The translations under genes were made by a program, and so were the position numbers. Positions 42,381 to 51,105 of a stretch of DNA of 64,000 bases are shown piece by piece. Position 1 is the stretch's first letter. Each line of letters begins with the position of its first letter. Location of the stretch: sequence record MW812339.1; one strand, 5' to 3'. The notes beneath the pieces were generated by a model, which was not told the origin of the DNA, did no database searches, and saw only the letters and a list, made by a program, of their open reading frames with translations.

Positions 42381-42998
42381 CTATACGAACTCCCGATACT
42401 TGAATCCGTCCAGTCGTGTGACCAACACCAACTCCTGAAGTTTACGACCCCAGAAGCTCCCCAAATCGTATTCCAGACCCGGCAGTTTGGTGACAGTCAA
42501 ATCTTGGCCAATGTTGTACGGCAACACGATACGGGTACGCGGGGCATACACGTAAGAATCGCATTCGTAGATCAGTACGTAGCGGTCTAAGGCGATATCG
42601 TATTCAACATGGCATTGTGACGGATTCTCCCAGGCTTTGGGAACAACCATGCCCAGGTCAGTACATGTGTCTTCAAACGCTTTCATTGCCGGTTCAGACC
42701 AGACCTTTAAGTCTGATGGTTTACCCTTGGACAAGTCAAACCAGCCGAGATGTTTCTCAGGCATCGTAATGAAGTCGCCCAAATTCAATTGGTAATACTG
42801 AACCTGAATCGCGTCGGTCGGTTTTCGTTTACTGGTCAGCGTGACCGTTACACGCCCATCACGAGCTGGCGGAGTGAGAGCACTTAACTGTATCTCATCC
42901 GTCGTGAGCGGAACGTAGACCGTATCCGCATTACACGCATTAACCAAGTCGAGCAATGTCTGACTGTGATGGTGCGAGAAATCAATAACAAAAGACAT
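42381..42998 (-). CDS. Tail paralog-family protein
   Basis: 205 aa; 'LLDLVNACN...YYQLNL'; ends TRLDGFKYREFV. Confidence 0.6.
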   Translation of the reverse strand: MSFVIDFSHHHSQTLLDLVNACNADTVYVPLTTDEIQLSALTPPARDGRVTVTLTSKRKPTDAIQVQYYQLNLGDFITMPEKHLGWFDLSKGKPSDLKVWSEPAMKAFEDTCTDLGMVVPKAWENPSQCHVEYDIALDRYVLIYECDSYVYAPRTRIVLPYNIGQDLTVTKLPGLEYDLGSFWGRKLQELVLVTRLDGFKYREFV

Positions 42999-43033
42999 GC
43001 TCTACTCCTGCCGTGTATGGGGTTAGTTTCATA

Positions 43034-43543
43034 TTACCAAGGGGTCAGTGGAAGTTGGCCCAGGTAGTATTTACCCGCCAGCGCTAACCGTGGGGCGGTG
43101 AGCTTATATTGCGCGTTGTAACGGAACTTCACGTTCGTTGCGAACACGGGTGTCATGGAAATGGTTTGTTCGAGCGACGTGGTATTGATACTGATGGTGC
43201 TAACGAAGTCATCTGGGTCGAGCTTGTGTAAAGCTCCAGCGTCCTGATGCAGCTTCTCAAGATGTGCAACACGGTCTGCGTGCGAAGCAAAGATGGTTGC
43301 GCTCTCGTACGGTGTCGCAGGGTCAGGTGTGACATAATCACGCAGATTCAATCGTGTATACGTAAATGTCTGCTCGCCTTGCCAGCGATTCTTTCCCTTT
43401 ATCAGTATCGATGCGTTCAACGATAACCCGGTACTGAGGTTTACCACTTCTCCCATTTCCACGTCCTCGAGGTCTATTGCATTAGGTGCCATCCCGTTAG
43501 CCTCGAGTATCATGTCCAGCAGTTGTTGCTTTACCGACTTCAT
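43034..43543 (-). CDS. Tail paralog-family protein
   Basis: 169 aa; 'LLDMILEAN...TYTRLNL'. Confidence 0.6.
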   Translation of the reverse strand: MKSVKQQLLDMILEANGMAPNAIDLEDVEMGEVVNLSTGLSLNASILIKGKNRWQGEQTFTYTRLNLRDYVTPDPATPYESATIFASHADRVAHLEKLHQDAGALHKLDPDDFVSTISINTTSLEQTISMTPVFATNVKFRYNAQYKLTAPRLALAGKYYLGQLPLTPW

Positions 43544-44025
43544 GCTGCCTCCGTGCCACGTATCACTACGTTAACAAACCAATACCCCGACCAACAATAC
43601 ATGTACTGCGGCTGTGCACGGTAACTGCGCATAGTCTCCGTGGTAGACAGCGTGGTGGATTGTAGGTTGTCCTTAACTTCTAATCGGTGCGACCAACCGC
43701 GCTCAGCCAGTTTCTGGTTAATCACTTCTACCAGACCGGTGTATGCGTTTGCCCATCCGTCGAAGTTATCAACATAGATAGTCAGTGGATCGATCGTGTC
43801 GTTTATCATTAACTGGAGCGGATTTTGCGTGCAATACGCCCAGCCAGATCCGGTAAAGCAAGGGTGCGTCAGGCCAGCGTAAAACTGAAGACGTTTCTCG
43901 TAACCCGCTTCATCGCTGTTATAGGAGTTAAGTGTCGTGGACGATAGACCGTCACGTCCATACCCAAGGTGCTCGGACAGTATCTGATAAAAGCGCAGCC
44001 TGTCCGTATCTGTAAAAGAAGCCAT
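43540..44025 (-). CDS. Hypothetical (probably virion) protein
   Basis: 161 aa; first gene of terminator-bounded trio. Confidence 0.6.
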   Translation of the reverse strand: MASFTDTDRLRFYQILSEHLGYGRDGLSSTTLNSYNSDEAGYEKRLQFYAGLTHPCFTGSGWAYCTQNPLQLMINDTIDPLTIYVDNFDGWANAYTGLVEVINQKLAERGWSHRLEVKDNLQSTTLSTTETMRSYRAQPQYMYCWSGYWFVNVVIRGTEAA

Positions 44026-44092
44026 AGTTTTTCCTTTTTCACTTGTGAGTCCAGATACCCCTTTTCTCCATGGGAGTATTCATAGGATTTCG

Positions 44093-44129
44093 CAAAAAAA
44101 GAAAAGATTGTAGGGGCCGAAGCCCCTAC
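44093..44129 (-). terminator. Intrinsic terminator
   Basis: GTAGGGGC-TTCG-GCCCCTAC on minus strand. Confidence 0.8.
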
Positions 44130-44137
44130 GCTGTGTA

Positions 44138-44533
44138 TCAGTAGTTGTACAAAGGATACCGTGCGGCGATATCCTTCCCCACCCAGAAAGTCAAAACCTG
44201 GGTATTGGCACTCCTACGTGTGCGGTTTGTTTCTTCAATCGTTACCTTTGCTGAACTGGCACACGTACCAGCATCTATCAGTTGATAGGTCATGCGTTTG
44301 GTATTGACCAGATAGAAACCTCCGGCCGGACATAAGTCCGACTGACCGTAATTCACCACGGCGAACTCGCCCTTCTGTACGACAGTCCGAGGATTATCGT
44401 CTTTGTCGAACACTACAGGTTTATCCGTAGGCACTGTCGGTTTGAACTGCTGAATATCCGCAGGACTAAACGCCATTGCCTGATTGCCCACCGCGACGAA
44501 GGCCAAAAACACAGCTAATACAGTACGCATCAT
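44138..44533 (-). CDS. Secreted/periplasmic protein
   Basis: 131 aa; signal peptide MMRTVLAVFLAFVAVGNQAMA|F; one Cys pair. Confidence 0.75.
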   Translation of the reverse strand: MMRTVLAVFLAFVAVGNQAMAFSPADIQQFKPTVPTDKPVVFDKDDNPRTVVQKGEFAVVNYGQSDLCPAGGFYLVNTKRMTYQLIDAGTCASSAKVTIEETNRTRRSANTQVLTFWVGKDIAARYPLYNY

Positions 44534-44535
44534 AT

Positions 44536-45012
44536 CTAATCCTCTTCCAAGTAGGGACGAAGCCAGTCCATTTGCTCTAAGCGATGTATCATGTTTCTGG
44601 TGTTAGGTGACCAGCGCAAAGCTTCATGGAACTGTTTTTTGAAGTGATGCCAGTGGTAGGAAAAAGGTTTCGTTGGATATCCTGCTTCCTTGAGGACCTC
44701 TTCCCAATCCAACTTCTTGATGAGGTGTTCTTCAATGACCACATCAACAAGTGCTTTCCATGCACTCCGACGGAAATGTCGGGACAACCGATGCTGTAAC
44801 TCGGTAAAACTTTTTCTTTTACTGGACCGTATCGCGGGTGTAGTCTTACTTTTACAAAATGAACGTCTACTGTGGTGAAGTATCTTCACCGGCCTGCCCC
44901 GCAACGTACCGGCTTCTAAATCCAGTTCGTGTACAGGAACAAGCTCAACACAGCGGAGGACGTCCGCGTGGAGGTCATCCACGGTTCGTGTTTCATACGC
45001 AACACGTATCAT
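44536..45012 (-). CDS. Hypothetical protein
   Basis: 158-aa ORF. Confidence 0.65.
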   Translation of the reverse strand: MIRVAYETRTVDDLHADVLRCVELVPVHELDLEAGTLRGRPVKILHHSRRSFCKSKTTPAIRSSKRKSFTELQHRLSRHFRRSAWKALVDVVIEEHLIKKLDWEEVLKEAGYPTKPFSYHWHHFKKQFHEALRWSPNTRNMIHRLEQMDWLRPYLEED

Positions 45013-45029
45013 TATTTTCTCACTCGCTG

Positions 45030-45512
45030 CTAGATTACCTTACCTTCTGCCATCGAGAGAAAAATAGGAACGTTATCCACAAAGGTAGTTAAATCTATTT
45101 CTTCCGATGGCGCGTGTGACGGCACTAAAGTGTGATTCGTCATACGAAAATACCGTTGGTTGTCATTTGCAATGAACCAACGGTCAATCTGGAAGCCGTT
45201 TTGATGGAAGAAACAGATAGCTGCTACGTTTGAAGGATGAACACGACACTGCACGTGTTTGCGTTCAGACTGAGTGAGCAAGTAGCGCAGCATGTACTTG
45301 GCCACACCTCCACGTCGCGAATCCTTTTGCACGACCATGTAAATCAGATTGCCGGGCTCCCACACCATCACGCCGCGAGCAATGTCATCTTCTACCGCCA
45401 AGGTCACTTTAACCGGGACGTCACGGATACTGTTTAAATCCTTAATCCATGCCGCCAGTCCTGGGTAGGTGGCTTCTGATATTTTGTCTACTGATACGTT
45501 GATGATGAGCAT
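45030..45512 (-). CDS. GNAT acetyltransferase
   Basis: 160 aa; 'VVQKDSRRGGVAKYML', 'NVAAICFFHQNGF'. Confidence 0.85.
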   Translation of the reverse strand: MLIINVSVDKISEATYPGLAAWIKDLNSIRDVPVKVTLAVEDDIARGVMVWEPGNLIYMVVQKDSRRGGVAKYMLRYLLTQSERKHVQCRVHPSNVAAICFFHQNGFQIDRWFIANDNQRYFRMTNHTLVPSHAPSEEIDLTTFVDNVPIFLSMAEGKVI

Positions 45513-46165
45513 TATTTGACTCCGTTGAGCAGTTCGAGGGCAGCCGCCCAGGTTAAGTCGGGATCTAACAAGGTACTTAAGGGCATTGCCTGAATACGTT
45601 CCCGTGTTTCAGGGGACGTCTTCCGATTCGCTTCCAGCAGTGTATTAACATAACTGCTTACCCCCATCTCTTGCCATTCAACGGTCGGGCGGACCCAGCT
45701 AATCTGTAACCATCGTCCCAGCGATACGTTTCGCTTACCACGAGGCATAACAACAGCCAGCTTATAGCCATGATCAAAGATGCGAGGCGGATGCCCTGGT
45801 TCCCACGGCACATTAACTCGAAGCGCACTGACCATTAATCCGGTCTTTAAAAGTAGCTCTTCAATGACCTCAAAAAGCTTGCTGCGCATCCCCGCAATCT
45901 CATCACGCAATGTAATGGGATTCTGGCGTTTGGCCGTAATCATTGCCACCAGGCTTTTGGAAAGCTTACCTTCTACAAAGGGAGCCTGTAGTGTTCCGCT
46001 CAGCGGCGAAACATAAAATTCTGACCACAACAATTCTTCCATTGCAGCCAGGACTAATACACGTCTGTCGTCATCCGTGAAGCGTACGGTGGATAAGTTG
46101 GACACGGCACCCAACAAACCGCTCAATGGCAGCAGTATAGACCGCTGACGAAATTCAAGTCTCAT
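45512..46165 (-). CDS. Hypothetical protein
   Basis: 217-aa ORF. Confidence 0.7.
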   Translation of the reverse strand: MRLEFRQRSILLPLSGLLGAVSNLSTVRFTDDDRRVLVLAAMEELLWSEFYVSPLSGTLQAPFVEGKLSKSLVAMITAKRQNPITLRDEIAGMRSKLFEVIEELLLKTGLMVSALRVNVPWEPGHPPRIFDHGYKLAVVMPRGKRNVSLGRWLQISWVRPTVEWQEMGVSSYVNTLLEANRKTSPETRERIQAMPLSTLLDPDLTWAAALELLNGVK

Positions 46166-46217
46166 TTATGTATTCCTTTTGGGCACGGGCCTTCACAGTA
46201 ACTTACGTGGACGTAAT

Positions 46218-46260
46218 AAAAGAAAATAAAAAAGAAGACTCTTCCCCACCAGGGGAAGAG
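46218..46260 (-). terminator. Intrinsic terminator
   Basis: CTCTTCCCC/GGGGAAGAG stem, U tract on minus strand. Confidence 0.8.
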
Positions 46261-46267
46261 ATCTTGA

Positions 46268-46843
46268 CTACTCTTTCGGTGCAGCTGGGGCCGGTGTTTT
46301 GGCATTACCTTTGTTGAGCTTGTACTCCAACACTTTGGCACCAATAGCCATTGAGTTGTACGCCAAGGTTTTGATAGGCCAGGTGAAGAACACCGCCTGT
46401 GCCATCAAAGGTAACAAAGCCACGATTAACACATCCGTCAGTTCGTTCGGGAAGTGGACGTGGGTGTCCCAGGCCATTGCTGCAGATACCAGTACAGTGG
46501 TCAACACCAGCAAGACGATAAGAACACGTTGGCCGTTCTTTAAGTTCGGCCAGAGCGTCAATAACGTCTCTTTGGCAATTGCTTCATCCATACCTTCGAC
46601 AGCAGCGGTCGCTTGTGCTTCGAACGACTTTGCCATGGTTCCGACGTGCTCCAGAATCATGGGACGCAAAGAGTTCAGAATCACGTTAGCTGGTTTCGTT
46701 ACGTCGATATCGACGGCTGACCCCAGTGCGGTTTCTGCGGCGGTTTTGAGTCGTGTGCTTTCTTCCAGGCTAAGTTTGTTGGTGCCTGCCTGGATAAGAA
46801 CATCCAACACATCCGTCGAAGCTTCTTGCAAAGACTGCGACAT
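46268..46843 (-). CDS. Membrane protein (2 TM, cytoplasmic N-domain)
   Basis: 191 aa; 'VLIVLLVLTTVLVSAAMAW' and 'VLIVALLPLMAQAVFFTW'. Confidence 0.75.
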   Translation of the reverse strand: MSQSLQEASTDVLDVLIQAGTNKLSLEESTRLKTAAETALGSAVDIDVTKPANVILNSLRPMILEHVGTMAKSFEAQATAAVEGMDEAIAKETLLTLWPNLKNGQRVLIVLLVLTTVLVSAAMAWDTHVHFPNELTDVLIVALLPLMAQAVFFTWPIKTLAYNSMAIGAKVLEYKLNKGNAKTPAPAAPKE

Positions 46844-46845
46844 CG

Positions 46846-47496
46846 CTATTTCCTCCGGCGTCTCTTCTTACCCGATTTGGCTTTGGCCTTAGGAGCTTTC
46901 ACCCTTGGCGGGAGGAGACTGTTTAGGTTTAATAGATTGACCCTGACGAAGATATTCCCTACCGCCACGGCGTCAATGCTGTGTTCATCGAGCAAAGACA
47001 AATCACAACGCGTGTGGTTTGCGTAGAGTCGAGTCACCGCACTTTGCATGTGCGATTTGTCAGTACCCTTTGCTTCCACCCCTACGTAGGATTTCACAAT
47101 AATAGGATTAAACCCATGGAGAGACTTTTCGGGATAGACTTCCCAAAGCGAACGTCGCAGCATGAGCTGCAATTCCACTCCTGATTCGTACGCCGAAAGT
47201 TTAGCACGGCGCATGAACGGCGTTTCAGTGGCAATGAAAGTCGGACAGGAGAGTCGTAGAAACTCTTTGAACTGTTCTTCTAATTGCACTAAACGCGCGT
47301 CGCGTTTCCCTACACACTCGCCAAAGGCGCTGTTGTGTGTAGGGTCTGCAACGTGAGCCGTTCCTGCCCAAACAACTTCGGCTTGGTCCTGACCGAATTC
47401 CCAGTCAAGTATTGCCATCCCAAGATGTGCAGTACCGGGGTCAACGGCCGCAATGCGGACCATCCTGTCGGGTATTCTCGGCTCAGGGATCAGCAT
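46846..47496 (-). CDS. ruvC: RuvC-like Holliday junction resolvase
   Basis: 216 aa; 'IAAVDPGTAHLG', 'ATETPF', 'P..VK..V', 'EHSIDAVAVG'; basic C-tail. Confidence 0.9.
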   Translation of the reverse strand: MLIPEPRIPDRMVRIAAVDPGTAHLGMAILDWEFGQDQAEVVWAGTAHVADPTHNSAFGECVGKRDARLVQLEEQFKEFLRLSCPTFIATETPFMRRAKLSAYESGVELQLMLRRSLWEVYPEKSLHGFNPIIVKSYVGVEAKGTDKSHMQSAVTRLYANHTRCDLSLLDEHSIDAVAVGNIFVRVNLLNLNSLLPPRVKAPKAKAKSGKKRRRRK

Positions 47497-48383
47497 TAAT
47501 TCGCCATCCCTAAGAAGAACGGAGCAGGCTGGCCGATACGAATCGTCAGCGACAGACGGTCGTTAGTCTGTGCCAGGTTGGTGAACAGGGAGATGTGGTA
47601 CAGCGCCTGCACACCAATCGCTTCATCGTAGCTAAACTGTGAACCCGTAGTAGATTCGCCTGTTGATGGGGTATCCACGCCAGAGCACAGTGCGATTTCA
47701 GAGATGATAGAACTGCGTGGCGTGCCGCGCAGAATGCTGGTTACGTTCATGTATTCCTGAACGTCAAACTCCGTCCACGGGATCACCAGGTCTGCGCCGG
47801 ATTCCACATAACGACCATCTGGGATTTCGACGGTGCCGTCGTCATCGTAGTCGTAATCTGGCAGCTCTTTCGGTACCGGGTTGAGTTCGGTGTCGGTGTA
47901 GACGAAGTCTTTCACCGTTTCCACACCGTCTTCGCGCGTGATGTCCAGGTCAGTGGTCTTCACCGCCCGCATGTCGATGCGTTTGAGGTAATAAGCCCAA
48001 TAGTCACGACTGTTAATCGTTTCACGGACACGGAATGCGTAGCTCTTACGCTGTTCATCAGACAGGTCATTGTCCAGTGTACGCAGAACCAGTGGCACAC
48101 GGGAGAACATCCCCGAGGCAATAGGTGACTTCGCAACAGGCACAACATCAGCAACCACATCAGACTGGTCGACAATGTGACCACGATTACCCACAGCCAT
48201 GTAACCAAGATGCGGACGGGTTGTACCGTCAGGAACCTTAGCGGTCATGATTTTGTAGAATTCGTTCAGAGTCGATTTCTGCGGGTACTGCACATCACAG
48301 CCCGTCAGCAACGCCGTCGTCAGACGCATGGCATTGAGGGTGACCGTTGACAGTTTACCATCGTAAACTTTGGTGTTAGCCAT
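47496..48383 (-). CDS. Virion structural protein (baseplate region, phiKZ-like core)
   Basis: 295 aa; conserved position downstream of the baseplate gene divergent from portal. Confidence 0.65.
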   Translation of the reverse strand: MANTKVYDGKLSTVTLNAMRLTTALLTGCDVQYPQKSTLNEFYKIMTAKVPDGTTRPHLGYMAVGNRGHIVDQSDVVADVVPVAKSPIASGMFSRVPLVLRTLDNDLSDEQRKSYAFRVRETINSRDYWAYYLKRIDMRAVKTTDLDITREDGVETVKDFVYTDTELNPVPKELPDYDYDDDGTVEIPDGRYVESGADLVIPWTEFDVQEYMNVTSILRGTPRSSIISEIALCSGVDTPSTGESTTGSQFSYDEAIGVQALYHISLFTNLAQTNDRLSLTIRIGQPAPFFLGMAN

Positions 48384-48903
48384 TTAAAAATTCTCCTGGG
48401 CGAAACCCGTCGAGTGCCCGTTTAGTCACCAGCATTGCCAGCTTACGGGGAGTTGGGTCAACAAAAGTAATCGCAATAGTGCCTTTGAAAGAAAGGTGGT
48501 GCGGGATTAAGCGCGCCTCATACGATTCCATTTCTGGAAGAATCGGCTCCACCATAATGTCGTAGGTGTCTAATTGCAGTCCCAGCTCGTCCGTAATAAA
48601 CGGTACCAACTCGTGACTCCATTCGACAGCACCTTTCGGTACCTCTACATCCAAACCTTTCAAAAGCTTATTTAAGTCTGCGCGGGTCAGGTAGAATTCC
48701 TGCGACCCCGACACACCGTTGACAAAGCGGGCAGCGACTTTCGACTCTACCCCTTTCGCACGGATTTCATCGAGCGTTAACGGCCATACCCCACGGGAGT
48801 TGAATTCATAGTTATCTTCGCTATACGATAACTTGAAAACGTAATTGATTCTCTCCACCAGAATCTGTTTAGGGGTTTTCGATAAATCTATACGGTATCC
48901 CAT
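48376..48903 (-). CDS. Baseplate-region protein of the tail anchor family
   Basis: 175 aa; 'ILVERINYVF...LTRADL'; ends RALDGFRPGEFLNG. Confidence 0.65.
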   Translation of the reverse strand: MGYRIDLSKTPKQILVERINYVFKLSYSEDNYEFNSRGVWPLTLDEIRAKGVESKVAARFVNGVSGSQEFYLTRADLNKLLKGLDVEVPKGAVEWSHELVPFITDELGLQLDTYDIMVEPILPEMESYEARLIPHHLSFKGTIAITFVDPTPRKLAMLVTKRALDGFRPGEFLNG

Positions 48904-48913
48904 AAGGCTCTCA

Positions 48914-51094
48914 CTATGGTAATTGGTCTAGCCTGAAACCGTCGAGGTCACGTTCAATCACCCGTTCGGCAAGCGTCCATTCATCAGCGGACATTGTTAC
49001 ATTCACAACGTCGACTGTCGGCTGAATAATATCGACCACCACCTCTTGTGTGACTTTCACTCGAATCCCCGGATAGATGTTCATCCGCAGTTTGATTCGT
49101 TGTGGAATTGCCAATTCTTTAATTACCGGTGCAACTGGTATTGGCTTGTCAGTGGTCATGGCCATATTGCGGCTCACACGCTGAATACCCGTTAACGGCT
49201 CAATGATACTCATGCTATCATCGGCAGCTGCGGCAATGTCATCCAACATCGGTACAACTGGGTCGGTGACATCGTAAGAATCAGAACCCATACGGGCGGC
49301 AAAGTGGACGGTGTAGGATGACAGCTTCGACATCAACCGTACCATTGCGCGTTGGATTTCAGCTTGTGAGACAGACGCACGGGTTTCCAGATTGGTTGCC
49401 ACGTTAAATGCGTCAGTGGCGATATCCTGCCATGTTTCTGCGGAGACCAGCTCGTAATCAAACCCGAAGGTTTTGAAGAACTCGTCGTAGCTTTTATACG
49501 GCAGTTTTAAATCGCACTTATAGTCGCGGTAATGGTACGCGAACAAGCATACCCCCGCTGCACGGTCCGTCAGCTTGTGACGGTTGTACGAGTAACGGTA
49601 GCGACGACGTTTCTGCAACATGATAGTATCAGCCATGTCATACAGTTCATCCGCCGAAAGGATGCTACCCACGATCTCGTAGTGCGTGTCGGTGTAATAG
49701 TTAATCAACGCATCGAAACGACCAGCGTAAGACGGCACCAAGTGCTGTTCCATCTCATCAAAGCCAACCCAACGCTTGATTAATACCCCAAACACATTCC
49801 ACACTGGAATCGTGGTCAAATCCACATCCGAATATCCTTTAAAACTCGCGTACAGGAATAAAGCCATCAGCTCTTTTGAGGTGAGCTTCAACGTATCCCC
49901 ATTCGTTGGGTTCAGGATTTCGTGATAGATGTTGTAGTTGCCACGAGCAACCACATGCATCCACTCGTTAAACAGACCGTGCATATATTCCCAGCGCTCA
50001 ATGGCTTCTGGGTCAATTGCGGTGACTTCAATCAACTTGGTTGGCAGATTAGGGTACTGGGTGAGACTCAAACGACGGTCTAAGTCTTCCTGGTACTCTG
50101 GTTCGTGGACGGGGTTATTATACGCCAGTGCCACTTCCTTTTGAATGATGTCCGTTGTTGACACGATATCCAGGTCCCGACCTGAATCACGTTCCGTGTA
50201 GTTCAACGAAGACTGATACCCGATGGGTAAAGGTGTCAGGTCATCATCACTGCCCGTTGTTGGGTCGTGAATCTGTTGGGCGACAACGTAACCCACCGCA
50301 GGCATACCCCATCCGGTCAACAGGGTGTCAATCATCCAGGTAAAGATTTCCTCTTTACCGGAGTTGCGTTCCCAGTAACGGATATTGCGGTACAGCGTGA
50401 ACTTTTGCTTCTGGGTCAGGTAAGGCATGAACTCATGCAGTTCCTGATGCGATGCTAAGAACTCGGTCACGTAGTACGAGTGGGTTTCAGTTGTAAACTG
50501 CAAGCGCTTACGGATGTACATGATAGCCCCCGGCAATACCGGGAACAGCTGCATGTAGAACGCCAACACAAAGCAATCGTTATGTACTTTCCATCCGTCC
50601 GCCATAAACCGCACATGCACTGCACGGATGAAGTTCTCCATCTGCGAGATAAGAGAGGTTTCTTGCGATTCGACTAAGGCGGGATCGTAGTACAGAATAG
50701 AACAGTCATCTACCCGCAAAGCGTAAGCAACATCGACAGGGTTAAAGACGCCCCGGATGTAAACCGTGTAGTCCAGATAATCGGCAATCAGGTCGTCGAT
50801 ATACTCCGGGTTGGAACGGTATACGTTTGAGGTCTTTTTATGACGGGAGAGGTTCTGCGTCGTTAACTCTATCTGCTCTTGCGTGTCGAGTGACGTAATG
50901 TAAATCGGCTTGTCGATAGCATGACGTTTACCTGCTAAGTGTAGGTAATACCGCCACGTCTCACGGTTATCGGAAACGTAACCGCCGTTTTTGGTTATCG
51001 CCAGGTTCATCTGCTCGGCAATGGTCTCTGATTTGATAATCAGTGATTTCGCCAGCGTGATAGCCTGGTCACGAAAAATGTTAAATCTCTGCAT
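48914..51094 (-). CDS. Baseplate (wedge-like) virion protein, phiKZ-like core
   Basis: ~726 aa from MQRFNIF; 'WRYYLHLAG', 'LYRNIRY..RNSGKEE'; divergent from portal. Confidence 0.7.
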   Translation of the reverse strand: MQRFNIFRDQAITLAKSLIIKSETIAEQMNLAITKNGGYVSDNRETWRYYLHLAGKRHAIDKPIYITSLDTQEQIELTTQNLSRHKKTSNVYRSNPEYIDDLIADYLDYTVYIRGVFNPVDVAYALRVDDCSILYYDPALVESQETSLISQMENFIRAVHVRFMADGWKVHNDCFVLAFYMQLFPVLPGAIMYIRKRLQFTTETHSYYVTEFLASHQELHEFMPYLTQKQKFTLYRNIRYWERNSGKEEIFTWMIDTLLTGWGMPAVGYVVAQQIHDPTTGSDDDLTPLPIGYQSSLNYTERDSGRDLDIVSTTDIIQKEVALAYNNPVHEPEYQEDLDRRLSLTQYPNLPTKLIEVTAIDPEAIERWEYMHGLFNEWMHVVARGNYNIYHEILNPTNGDTLKLTSKELMALFLYASFKGYSDVDLTTIPVWNVFGVLIKRWVGFDEMEQHLVPSYAGRFDALINYYTDTHYEIVGSILSADELYDMADTIMLQKRRRYRYSYNRHKLTDRAAGVCLFAYHYRDYKCDLKLPYKSYDEFFKTFGFDYELVSAETWQDIATDAFNVATNLETRASVSQAEIQRAMVRLMSKLSSYTVHFAARMGSDSYDVTDPVVPMLDDIAAAADDSMSIIEPLTGIQRVSRNMAMTTDKPIPVAPVIKELAIPQRIKLRMNIYPGIRVKVTQEVVVDIIQPTVDVVNVTMSADEWTLAERVIERDLDGFRLDQLP

Positions 51095-51105
51095 CGGAGA
51101 CCCCA

